Shown piece by piece: positions 43,901-52,814 of a stretch of DNA of 64,000 bases. Source of the stretch: Opitutales bacterium (GTDB taxonomy: Bacteria; Verrucomicrobiota; Verrucomicrobiia; Opitutales; UBA2987); contig CBDDEL010000017.1 in assembly GCA_965226885.1 (NCBI GenBank), positions 192,001-256,000 of the forward strand, read 5' to 3'. Position 1 is the stretch's first letter. Each line of letters begins with the position of its first letter. Below the pieces are notes generated by a model, which saw only the letters and a list, made by a program, of their open reading frames with translations, ran no database searches and was not told where the DNA came from. A program made the position numbers and the translations under genes.

Positions 43901-45256
43901 CTAACCACAGGGCAAGTGTTCGGCAACGGATTTTTCCAGCCTGGCCATCCAGTTTAGTATCTGTTCCCTGTTTTCGCCTTCGACCAGGAGCCGGAGCAAG
44001 GATTCAGTGCCCGAGTAGCGCATCAATAACCTGCCTGTTCCTACCATTTCTTTTTCCAGTTCCTCTACTATGTCGGTAAACTCAGGAACCCCGTCGAATG
44101 GAATTTTTCGGGCCACTTTGATATTTTTTTTAATTTGCACCTGTAATTGCACACAGCGTCGCAATTGGGATAGTGGGCGGCCTGTCTCTTTCATCACTTC
44201 CAGAACTTTGAGAGCAGCATAAAGCCCGTCAGCGGTCGGGAAATGATCGGGAAAAATAATATGACCGGAGGATTCTCCGCCCAGGGAACATTTCTCTTCC
44301 ATCATTTTATGCACCACGTTGCGGTCTCCCACAGCCACGCGTTCCACCCGGATTCCGGCCCTGTTGAGCGCTTTATTCAAACCAAGGTTGCTCATGATCG
44401 TTACCACTACAACTTCTCCACACAGCTTTCCTTGTTTTAGGGCGTGCAATGCCAATAATGTCAGCGCCTCATCGCCATCAAGCACGGATCCCTCTTCATC
44501 GCACAGGACCAAGCGGTCGCCATCGCCATCAAAGGCAATCCCAAGGCGAGCGCCTTCGTCCAGCACCCGCCGAGCTAGTATTTGGGGATGCTCAGAACCG
44601 CAACCGTCGTTGATATTACCGCCATTCGGCTCATCACCCAAAGTAATGATGTCGGCTCCGAGACGGCCAAAAGCTATCGGCGCGGACTGGCAAGCGGCCC
44701 CATTGGCCATATCGATAACGATTTTCCATCCCTTGAAATCTCCCTTTGAAAACAAGGAACCCACTGATTCGAGATAGCCATCTCTAATGGTGACAGGTTG
44801 CGGTGGTTCGCTCTTATCAAAAGAAACTACACTACACTCGGAGAGGGATTTTGTAATTTCCCTTTCAGCCTCAACATCCAATTTTCTCCCCTCCTTGGAA
44901 AGAAACTTTATGCCGTTATCGGAAGCTGAATTATGAGACGCTGTGATGACGGCACCAAAATCCGCACCATTGTTAAAAACTTCCATAGCCAAGGCAGGAG
45001 TAGGTATAATACCGATATTTTTGACATCGTAAACACCTGATGCATTTAAGCCTGTAATTAATGCTTTAGATAGTTCCTCGCCCGAGGCACGGGTGTCCCT
45101 GCCGATGACCACCTTTGGTTTTTCGATACCCCCTACATCTTTGTCGCATAAGTATATACCAACCACATAACCCAATTTCGTAAAATACTCAGGATTGATG
45201 AATTCGCTGCCGAATTCACCGCGCAATCCGTCCGTTCCAAAGATGTTTTCGCTCAT
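43901..45256 (-). CDS. glmM: Phosphoglucosamine mutase
   Basis: FGTDGLRG, TASHN, DGDGDR, GGESSGH and RYSGTE motifs. Confidence 0.93.
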   Translation of the reverse strand: MSENIFGTDGLRGEFGSEFINPEYFTKLGYVVGIYLCDKDVGGIEKPKVVIGRDTRASGEELSKALITGLNASGVYDVKNIGIIPTPALAMEVFNNGADFGAVITASHNSASDNGIKFLSKEGRKLDVEAEREITKSLSECSVVSFDKSEPPQPVTIRDGYLESVGSLFSKGDFKGWKIVIDMANGAACQSAPIAFGRLGADIITLGDEPNGGNINDGCGSEHPQILARRVLDEGARLGIAFDGDGDRLVLCDEEGSVLDGDEALTLLALHALKQGKLCGEVVVVTIMSNLGLNKALNRAGIRVERVAVGDRNVVHKMMEEKCSLGGESSGHIIFPDHFPTADGLYAALKVLEVMKETGRPLSQLRRCVQLQVQIKKNIKVARKIPFDGVPEFTDIVEELEKEMVGTGRLLMRYSGTESLLRLLVEGENREQILNWMARLEKSVAEHLPCG

Positions 45257-46278
45257 GACGCGTAGAAATCTCGAGCCTTTTGCAGCCAGGCCTTGAGAGT
45301 TCCACCCAGGACGATTTCCCTGGCCAGGGTGAAGCCTTCATTCTTGCCGTAAATCCAGAAGGCCGTCCCGGCATTGTAAAGAATGGTGTCGAGGAGTCCC
45401 TTTTTGCTCTTTCCATCAAGGAGGCGGTAAAGAATTTCGAGGTTTTCTTCGGCCGATCCGCCAGACAGATCGGACTTTTGGCATTGCTCGAAACCGGACA
45501 CTTCGGGCCTCCACATGGCATCCACATCAGCCAACTGCCCCACCCCGGCGACGCGGTTTTCACAAACGCAGGTCAACTCATCCATGCCTCCCCCATCCGG
45601 CATGTGCCCAAAAACGACGAGGCCGCGCTTGACGCCCAGGGAATCGAGGGAACGAGCCACCGGATAAACCCATTTCTGGGAGTAAACGCCCATCATGATA
45701 TAAGCCGGAGCGGCCGGGTTGATGAGTGGTCCCAGGAGATTGAAAATGGTTCGCTCGCCCTTCTCCGCCAATTCCCGCCGGACCGGCATTATTTCCTTAA
45801 AAGCAGGATGATAGGCGGGAGCAAAAAGAAAACCATAATTGAGGGCCTCCATGGATTCCCGTAATTTCCGGGTATCGGCTTCGATATTCAGGCCCAGTGC
45901 GACCAAAAAATCGGCGGCGCCGCTTTTCGAGGTGATGGAGCGATTGCCATGCTTGATTACGGGAATATCGGCGGCCGCCAGGATGAAAGAAACCACCGTG
46001 GAAATATTGAAACTGCCGGAGTGGTCTCCCCCCGTGCCGACAACATCAATGGCCTCCCCGGAATAATCTTGAAGACCGGGATCGCGCGCCAATTCCCTGA
46101 ATACCTTGGCAAATGAAGCCACCTCGGACGCGGATTCGCCTTTTTTGGAAAGTTCGAGCAGGAAATCCTTCTTCAACTTAGCCGGAACTTCGGTGGAAGC
46201 AAGCTGCCGGGCAGCATCTTCGGCCTGCTCATCAGTCAATGAAACGCCTTCGGAGAGGGTGGCAATTAGTGTTTCCAA
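45253..46278 (-). CDS. trpD: Anthranilate phosphoribosyltransferase
   Basis: VGTGGD, FNIST, KHGNRS and RTIFNLLGPL motifs. Confidence 0.96.
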   Translation of the reverse strand: METLIATLSEGVSLTDEQAEDAARQLASTEVPAKLKKDFLLELSKKGESASEVASFAKVFRELARDPGLQDYSGEAIDVVGTGGDHSGSFNISTVVSFILAAADIPVIKHGNRSITSKSGAADFLVALGLNIEADTRKLRESMEALNYGFLFAPAYHPAFKEIMPVRRELAEKGERTIFNLLGPLINPAAPAYIMMGVYSQKWVYPVARSLDSLGVKRGLVVFGHMPDGGGMDELTCVCENRVAGVGQLADVDAMWRPEVSGFEQCQKSDLSGGSAEENLEILYRLLDGKSKKGLLDTILYNAGTAFWIYGKNEGFTLAREIVLGGTLKAWLQKARDFYAS

Positions 46279-46532
46279 TTTATTTAGCAGTCAGAGTTGT
46301 CCCATTGTCATCGTGTTTCATTCTCAACAGGCTCTACTCACGGGACACCTCTTGCTCAAGACAAATTCTGCAAAACTGGCCCCCGGAGCCGATAAAAATA
46401 TTCCTGTCCAAAACCGGCAATAGTTGTTTTCCTTACCCCAAAAAATTTCAGACCGTGTATTATAGCTTCAGGTGTTCTTGTTATATTGTCTCATTCTTTC
46501 TTTTGCTGGGAACGGCTGCGATTGGCCAGGAA

Positions 46533-47426
46533 ATGACAGAAACCGCCCTGGAAACCGAATCTGGCGACCCCCAAGCGGTTCTATCCTACCGGGAAGCCTT
46601 GGTCTTGGGCCTGGTTGAGGGCCTGACGGAATTTCTGCCCGTCTCATCGACTGGCCATCTAATACTGGCCGGCGACCTCCTGGGGTTGAAGGAGGGGGAG
46701 CCCGAGGGCAGCTCCAACGCGGTCAAAGCAGCCGTTGACGCTTACAGCATCGTCATTCAATTCGGGGCCATAGCCGCAGTCACCCTGGTTTACTGGAGCA
46801 GAATCGTCTCTATCTTTCTTGGTTTGGCCGGCAAAAGCAGGAACGGCCTGCTATTGGGGAGAAACCTTCTGGCGGCTTTTGTGCCCGCGGTGGTCATAGG
46901 ATTGCTGCTCGAAGATATTATCAGTGCCTACCTGTTCCACAACTTCACCGTGGCCGCCGCTTTGATGGCCGGTGGCTTGCTTATTTTTTATATGGACTGG
47001 TGGCAAAAGCGCAAAAGCCGCTCATCGCCCGAAGAGGATGTGCAAATTTATGAACTCACCTTGCGGCAATCCGTTCTGGTGGGGCTTTTTCAATGCGTGG
47101 CCCTGTGGCCGGGAGCAAGTCGCTCCCTTATGGCCATTGTCGGTGGCTGTGTGGTCGGGCTGAAACCCTGGCGGGCGGCCGAATTCAGTTTTTTGCTGGG
47201 CTTGCCGACCTTGACCGGGGCCGCTTTTTACAAAGGACTCAAGGCAGGTCCGGAAATGATGGATGTATTAGGCTTTGGGCCCCTCGTTGTCGGCTGCCTG
47301 GCGGCAACCGTATCGGCCGGCCTGAGCGTAAAATGGATGGTGAGTTATCTGACCCGGCACGGTCTTTCCATTTTCGGTTACTATAGAATCGCATTGGCCC
47401 TATGGATCTTCGTTTATTTAATCTGA
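46533..47426 (+). CDS. uppP: Undecaprenyl-diphosphate phosphatase (start uncertain)
   Basis: EGLTEFLPVSSTGH, IQFGAI, PGASRS and AAEFSFLL motifs. Confidence 0.93.
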   Translation: MTETALETESGDPQAVLSYREALVLGLVEGLTEFLPVSSTGHLILAGDLLGLKEGEPEGSSNAVKAAVDAYSIVIQFGAIAAVTLVYWSRIVSIFLGLAGKSRNGLLLGRNLLAAFVPAVVIGLLLEDIISAYLFHNFTVAAALMAGGLLIFYMDWWQKRKSRSSPEEDVQIYELTLRQSVLVGLFQCVALWPGASRSLMAIVGGCVVGLKPWRAAEFSFLLGLPTLTGAAFYKGLKAGPEMMDVLGFGPLVVGCLAATVSAGLSVKWMVSYLTRHGLSIFGYYRIALALWIFVYLI

Positions 47427-47610
47427 AATCGCCCGGTTTTACAGCCGTATGAACCCTTGCAGGACAATAAAAAGCGATTCATTTAGAGGTGAAAACTTAG
47501 CTTGACGAGGGATACTGCGATCGTAGAATCGGCCTCTTTTCTAAATTCAACCTGGCTCTCGCAGGTCCGACAGAAGCCAACTTCATTATTTTCAATCGCA
47601 GGAAAGATCC

Positions 47611-47790
47611 ATGGCCACACCTAAACGAAAACATTCCAAACAACGAAGCCGCAAGCGTCGCGGGGCCAACCGCTTTCAGGCCCCCCAGCTTTCCAAAGAT
47701 TCGACCGACGGCACACTTTTCCGACCGCATCGGGTCAACCCGGCCAATGGGATGTACCGGGGCCGCCAAATCCTCGACATCGAAGTCTAA
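47611..47790 (+). CDS. rpmF: 50S ribosomal protein L32 (not in ORF track; cysteine-free form)
   Basis: MATPKRKHSKQRSRKRR...PHRV...GMYRGRQI; directly upstream of plsX. Confidence 0.95.
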   Translation: MATPKRKHSKQRSRKRRGANRFQAPQLSKDSTDGTLFRPHRVNPANGMYRGRQILDIEV

Positions 47791-47888
47791 CCCTTCTACC
47801 AACCCCATATATTGCCGGAAAGGGGCGAGGCACTATATCTCCTCTCTTTCTTTTCCCTGATTTTGATGCCCTAAACATTCGGGTGGAA

Positions 47889-48953
47889 ATGGCTGCAAAT
47901 AAAGTCCATGAAGGAATTGCCATAGACGCAATGGGTGGAGACCTCGGCACCGCTGAGGTCGTGCGCGCCGTGGTCCTGGCCTTCGAGCAAATAAAAAACC
48001 TTGGACCGATTGTCCTGGTGGGCAAGGAGCGGCTCCTGCAAAGGCTGATTCAGGTGGCCGGTTTGGCGGACGAGCCGAGACTGAGCATTTTTCCCGCGAC
48101 TCAAGTCATCGGGATGGGTGAAAAACCCATTAAAAGCCTCAAGCAGAAAAAGGATTCCTCCCTCGTCAGAGCCATAGAACTGGTCAAGGAAGGCAAATGC
48201 CAAGCAGTCATCAGTTGTGGAAACACGGGCAGCCTGATGGCGGGCAGTACCCTTAAAATAAGGCCCTTGCCGGGGGTGGAAAGACCAGCCCTGGCCGCAA
48301 TCATGCCGGCCAAAAAGGAACTTTTTCTCATGCTCGACGCCGGCGCCAACCCCATGGCCAAGCCCGAGCACCTGGTGCACAATGCCATACTCGGCCACCA
48401 CTACAGCAAAGTTGTGATGGGAAAAACAAAACCACGCATCGGTTTGTTGAGCAATGGCTCTGAGGAAACTAAGGGAAACGAATTGGTGCAAAACACTCAC
48501 AAACTGCTTAAGCAACTGGGCTCCCTGATCAATTACGAGGGTCCCATCGAAGGTTTTGAAGTTTTCAACAACAAGGTGGATGTCATCGTTACCGATGGAT
48601 TTACGGGAAATGTAATGTTAAAGTCCTGTGAATCGCTGGTTCTTTCCATGAGTGATTTTTTGAAGGAGGAAATCGTAAAAAATCCCATTAGACTGACCGG
48701 TGCGCTTTTATCCAAAGGCGCTTTTAAAAACGTGCGGGACCAGTTCAATCCTGATAATTACGGCGGTGCGCCGCTTCTCGGGCTAAATAGCCATGTGCGT
48801 AAATCACATGGATCAAGCAATCGATTCGCCATCATGAACGCCATCCGGGTGACTCAGGAAGTGGTGGCCAATGACTACAATTCCAAAGCCCTGACCGATA
48901 TCAAGAGGGCCAATGAAATAATAAAAGAGGGACGCAAGGAAGGGCAGCGCTAA
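47889..48953 (+). CDS. plsX: Phosphate acyltransferase PlsX
   Basis: IAIDAMGGD, GNTG, RPALA, DGFTGNV, GGAPLLG and SHGSS motifs. Confidence 0.97.
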   Translation: MAANKVHEGIAIDAMGGDLGTAEVVRAVVLAFEQIKNLGPIVLVGKERLLQRLIQVAGLADEPRLSIFPATQVIGMGEKPIKSLKQKKDSSLVRAIELVKEGKCQAVISCGNTGSLMAGSTLKIRPLPGVERPALAAIMPAKKELFLMLDAGANPMAKPEHLVHNAILGHHYSKVVMGKTKPRIGLLSNGSEETKGNELVQNTHKLLKQLGSLINYEGPIEGFEVFNNKVDVIVTDGFTGNVMLKSCESLVLSMSDFLKEEIVKNPIRLTGALLSKGAFKNVRDQFNPDNYGGAPLLGLNSHVRKSHGSSNRFAIMNAIRVTQEVVANDYNSKALTDIKRANEIIKEGRKEGQR

Positions 48954-49061
48954 CTGGCCGCCCACCAAAAGTCTGAATAATAATGGAGCAAAGCGCCTTG
49001 ACACCATGTCGTTTTGTATGCGTTTTTTTTAACCCGCCCCCAAAACAGGCAACGGCAAATA

Positions 49062-50063
49062 ATGATTAACGGCAAAGATTCATCCATTATTTTTGGGGGA
49101 ATCGGTTCCTATGCCCCACAGAAGATTCTCAGCAATCAGGAACTGGCTAAAATCGTCGATACATCCGACGAATGGATCCGCAGCAGAACGGGCATCCGGG
49201 AACGGCGCATCGCCCAAAATGGCGAATCTTGCTCGGACATGGGAGCCCGCGCCGCCCGTGCCGCTATAGCGCAAGCCAATTTAAAACCGGAGGATATCGA
49301 CCTTCTCATCGTGGCCACGATGACCCCGGACATGCTTTTTCCCTCAACCGCCTGTATCATCCAGACGAAGCTGGGGCTAAGGAACATCCCCTGTTTCGAT
49401 GTAGGGGCGGCCTGCTCGGGTTTTCTCTATACTCTGGAAATCGGCTGCCAGATGATGAAATCGGGCGACTACCGAAATGCCCTCATCATCGGGGCGGAAA
49501 AACTCTCCAGCATACTGGATTGGCAGGACCGCTCCACCTGCGTCTTATTCGGCGACGGGGCCGGAGCAGTGGTTTTGACATCCGTGGACAGACCCGGGAT
49601 CGGCATCCTCGGGACGAGTCTGGCAGCCAACGGAGCGGATGGAAAAATCCTCAACATGCCGGGCGGGGGCAGCAATGAGCCAGCCACCACGAAAAGCGTT
49701 CTGGAACGCCGCCACTACCTCAAAATGATGGGCCGCGAGGTTTTCAAAATTGCCGTGCGGGTAATGGAACAAAGCGCCTTGGATCTTCTTGTCCGCCATA
49801 ACATAAAACCCGAGGAGGTGGATTGCATTATCCCTCACCAGGCCAATATGCGAATCATCGAACTGATGTCCTCCCGGATGGGCCTGCCCATGGAAAAATT
49901 TCCCATCAACCTCGATCGTTATGGCAACACCTCGGCCGCATCCATACCCCTGGCCCTGGATGAAGCTTACCAGGAGGGCAGGATAAAAAGTGGAGATTAC
50001 GTGCTCCTGATCGCTTTCGGCGCCGGGTTGACCTGGGCCTCTTCTTTAATCAAATGGCATTGA
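49062..50063 (+). CDS. fabH: 3-oxoacyl-ACP synthase III
   Basis: AACSGF, FGDGAGA, PHQAN and GNTSAAS motifs. Confidence 0.97.
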   Translation: MINGKDSSIIFGGIGSYAPQKILSNQELAKIVDTSDEWIRSRTGIRERRIAQNGESCSDMGARAARAAIAQANLKPEDIDLLIVATMTPDMLFPSTACIIQTKLGLRNIPCFDVGAACSGFLYTLEIGCQMMKSGDYRNALIIGAEKLSSILDWQDRSTCVLFGDGAGAVVLTSVDRPGIGILGTSLAANGADGKILNMPGGGSNEPATTKSVLERRHYLKMMGREVFKIAVRVMEQSALDLLVRHNIKPEEVDCIIPHQANMRIIELMSSRMGLPMEKFPINLDRYGNTSAASIPLALDEAYQEGRIKSGDYVLLIAFGAGLTWASSLIKWH

Positions 50064-51364
50064 GTATTCCAAGCATGACGCAACGCTTCATTTTAGCTAT
50101 AATAATCATCTGCTTTGCCTCCGCCATGGCGGTGGAAGGGGCATTGCTGGGAAAAAAGAAAAAAGAGATCCTGGACATCATCCAACAGGATGAGCTGGCC
50201 TTGAAATTGCTCAATAAAGCGGAGGAAGCCGAAGAGGCCGGCAGAAGAAAATCCGCCATCAAGCAATACAAGTTAATATTTAAAAAATACGCTAATTCCT
50301 ACTACAGCCCTGAAGCGCTCTACCGCGGCGCCAAATTACGTGCCCAACAGGGCAAATGGAAAAAAGCATATGAATCCTTTAATACGGTCGTCGTCTATTA
50401 CCCCCATTATGAGAAATTCAATGCCATTTTGCAGGAACAATTCGACATCGCAAACACCATTGCTACAACAAAAACCTCCCGCTTCTTTGGCGTCATACCG
50501 TTTTACAACTATGACGCTTCGATCAAATATTTTGAGGTCCTCATCGCCAATGCCCCCTACAGCGATTTCGCCCCGCTTTCCCTTTTTCAGGTAGCCCTCA
50601 TTCACAAGAAAAGGGGGCGGGAGATAAGGGCCATCGACGCATTTGATCGTCTTGTCAACAACTACCCTAAAAGCATGCTGGCCCCGGACGCCTACCGGGA
50701 ACTGGCCGATACCTTTGCCTCCCTCGTGGCCGGGCCCAAATACGATCAAGGGGCCACCCGCGAAGCCATTGCCAATTACAAGGACTACCTCATTCTCTTT
50801 CCAGACGATAATCTGGTGGAGGCGGGAGAAAAAGGCCTCCAGGAAATGGAGGATACTTTCGCCAAAAGTAAACTGGAAATGGGGGAATTTTATTATAAGA
50901 AACGCAAAAATTACGAGGCCGCCAGGATTTTCTTCAACGAAGCCATCACGGTGGCGCCAAACTCCAATAGCGCCCAGCATGCCCGTGATTACCTGGCTGT
51001 GATGCCGGAACCGGCTACCCCCGTCGAAGGCACGGAGGTAATCGTGGCAGCCGCCCAACCGGCTACCCCCGTCGAAGGCACGGAGGTAATCGTGGCAGCC
51101 GCCCAGGATGATTCCAGCAAGAGAGGATTGATCCGGCGTATGCAATTTTGGAGGAATAGTCAATCCGGCGAGATCCAGACGAACCTGGAGGAAGGTTCCG
51201 TCATCGAAGTCGCATCGGTCGAATCGCAATCCAGTGAATCGACGGAAAATACCGTCGATAGCGAAACCGCTCCGGCAGATGAAGATCCCTCCCGCGGCGT
51301 CTTCAACAGGATGGTATTTTGGAGAAAGGACCAGAAAAGGGAATCTCCCGTTTCGGATGAATAA
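50054..51364 (+). CDS. bamD: Outer membrane protein assembly factor BamD-like TPR protein
   Basis: TPRs, YDQGATREAI..Y..Y...FP and EFYYKK motifs; upstream of lptE; 48-bp in-frame duplication at 51010-51105. Confidence 0.8.
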   Translation: MALSIPSMTQRFILAIIIICFASAMAVEGALLGKKKKEILDIIQQDELALKLLNKAEEAEEAGRRKSAIKQYKLIFKKYANSYYSPEALYRGAKLRAQQGKWKKAYESFNTVVVYYPHYEKFNAILQEQFDIANTIATTKTSRFFGVIPFYNYDASIKYFEVLIANAPYSDFAPLSLFQVALIHKKRGREIRAIDAFDRLVNNYPKSMLAPDAYRELADTFASLVAGPKYDQGATREAIANYKDYLILFPDDNLVEAGEKGLQEMEDTFAKSKLEMGEFYYKKRKNYEAARIFFNEAITVAPNSNSAQHARDYLAVMPEPATPVEGTEVIVAAAQPATPVEGTEVIVAAAQDDSSKRGLIRRMQFWRNSQSGEIQTNLEEGSVIEVASVESQSSESTENTVDSETAPADEDPSRGVFNRMVFWRKDQKRESPVSDE

Positions 51365-51934
51365 TTGAATAATCCCGGTAGAAAACCTGCTCCCGGGGCA
51401 GTCCCGGAGAGACCTCGCATCCCGAAAACTGGAGGGTTGCTCCTATCCATATATTTTTTATTATCAATATTATTAAATGGATGCGCCAGTTACCGGCTCG
51501 GCCCTCCGGCAGACCTTCCTTTTCGCACCTTGCACGTGGATTTGTCGCAAAACCAATCCACCGCTCCCCAGGCCCAGGCTCTCTTGACCCGTAACCTGAT
51601 CGAGGCCTTCCTGCGCGATGGCAGGCTGTCGATCGCAAATATAGACAGGGCGGAGGCCACCTTGCGCGTGACCCTATCCCATTTCAACCGCCGCTTCGCC
51701 GCCACACAGGAGGCCGACACGGCTCTAGGCCGGTCCTTCGCCTTGACCCTGGAAGCCACTGCCACCTTGGTGGACAACGCCAGTGGAAAAACTTATTTCA
51801 GAGATCGAATATTTACTGCCGATGATATTGCCTACGCGGACAGCGGGCTTAACCAGGCGGAATACCAGGCCATACCGCGATTGGCCCAAAACCTTGCCAA
51901 CAAAATTAAGGATAGCGTAGTCAATACCTGGTAA
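51365..51934 (+). CDS. lptE: LPS assembly lipoprotein LptE-like
   Basis: Lipobox LNGC followed by YRLG; size and context. Confidence 0.75.
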   Translation: MNNPGRKPAPGAVPERPRIPKTGGLLLSIYFLLSILLNGCASYRLGPPADLPFRTLHVDLSQNQSTAPQAQALLTRNLIEAFLRDGRLSIANIDRAEATLRVTLSHFNRRFAATQEADTALGRSFALTLEATATLVDNASGKTYFRDRIFTADDIAYADSGLNQAEYQAIPRLAQNLANKIKDSVVNTW

Positions 51935-52016
51935 TAATCAGATAAAGACACCAGCCCCCTGACTTCTGTCTCCTTGCCCCACCTTCTTCTTCACCGCCAA
52001 AAACAACGTAAAGAAA

Positions 52017-52673
52017 ATGAGTCCCCATGCGCCCATCCTGGCTCCCTCCATCCTGGCCGGCGATCACGCCAACCTGGCCGCCAGCATAGATATCGTAGCG
52101 CAAACCGGGCTAAGATGGACGCACCTGGATATCATGGATGGACACTTCGTCCCCAACCTGTCGTTCGGCCCGCAAACGGTAGCCGACTTACGTAGAGTAA
52201 GCGATCTCTTTTTCGATGTCCATTTGATGTTGGATGAACCTCAGCGCTATGTGGAGGCCTTCGCCAAGTCCGGGGCCAACCTCATCAGCATCCATGTGGA
52301 AACCACCTGCCCGATTGTGGAAACCCTCGAAAAAATCCGGAAATTGGGCTGCCAAAACGGCATTGTTCTGAATCCCGACACACCGGCTGAATCCATACGG
52401 TTATTCCTGGACAAAGTGGACCTGGTCCTGGTCATGACCGTGCAGCCCAGCTTCGGTGGCCAAAGCTTCCGCCACGATGTTCTCGATAAAATCAGCCTCA
52501 TCAATCGCTGGCGCAGAGACAGCTCCCTTCCATTCAGGCTCGAAGTGGACGGAGGCATCAATGTTCAAACTGCACCCTTGTGCAGGGATAGCGGCTGCGA
52601 TACTTTTGTCGCCGGCACGGCCTTTTTCAAAGCCGCCGACAAGCTTAAATTTGCACGGTCCATCGAAAATTAG
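52017..52673 (+). CDS. rpe: Ribulose-phosphate 3-epimerase
   Basis: LAPSIL, HLDIMDGHFVPNLSFG, DVHLM and EVDGGI motifs. Confidence 0.97.
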   Translation: MSPHAPILAPSILAGDHANLAASIDIVAQTGLRWTHLDIMDGHFVPNLSFGPQTVADLRRVSDLFFDVHLMLDEPQRYVEAFAKSGANLISIHVETTCPIVETLEKIRKLGCQNGIVLNPDTPAESIRLFLDKVDLVLVMTVQPSFGGQSFRHDVLDKISLINRWRRDSSLPFRLEVDGGINVQTAPLCRDSGCDTFVAGTAFFKAADKLKFARSIEN

Positions 52674-52814
52674 GCGGTCGCACCTAATACCCGGATTTTA
52701 AATCTGTAAATCCGCTAATTGCCATTAAAGAGACCGGCCAACCGGTCGAATTATTTGAAGGCTCTCCTGTTGAATCAACCGGACCGGGGGCATTTTCCAG
52801 CCCTCATTATCTCC

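Noticed and set aside
46239..46532. Long N-terminal extensions of uppP (also AKR 38879-39043, IS1380 8670-8729, IS3 orfB 3666-3836)
   Set aside because: ORF-caller extensions to upstream start codons; homology begins at later methionines or via programmed frameshift.
47497..47808. 103-aa minus-strand ORF
   Set aside because: Antisense shadow of rpmF.
50336..51229. 297-aa minus-strand ORF with an internal repeat (and similar long overlapping ORFs such as 23203-24105, 39884-40786, 16393-17190, 55589-56038)
   Set aside because: Antisense shadows of well-supported genes, with no motifs.
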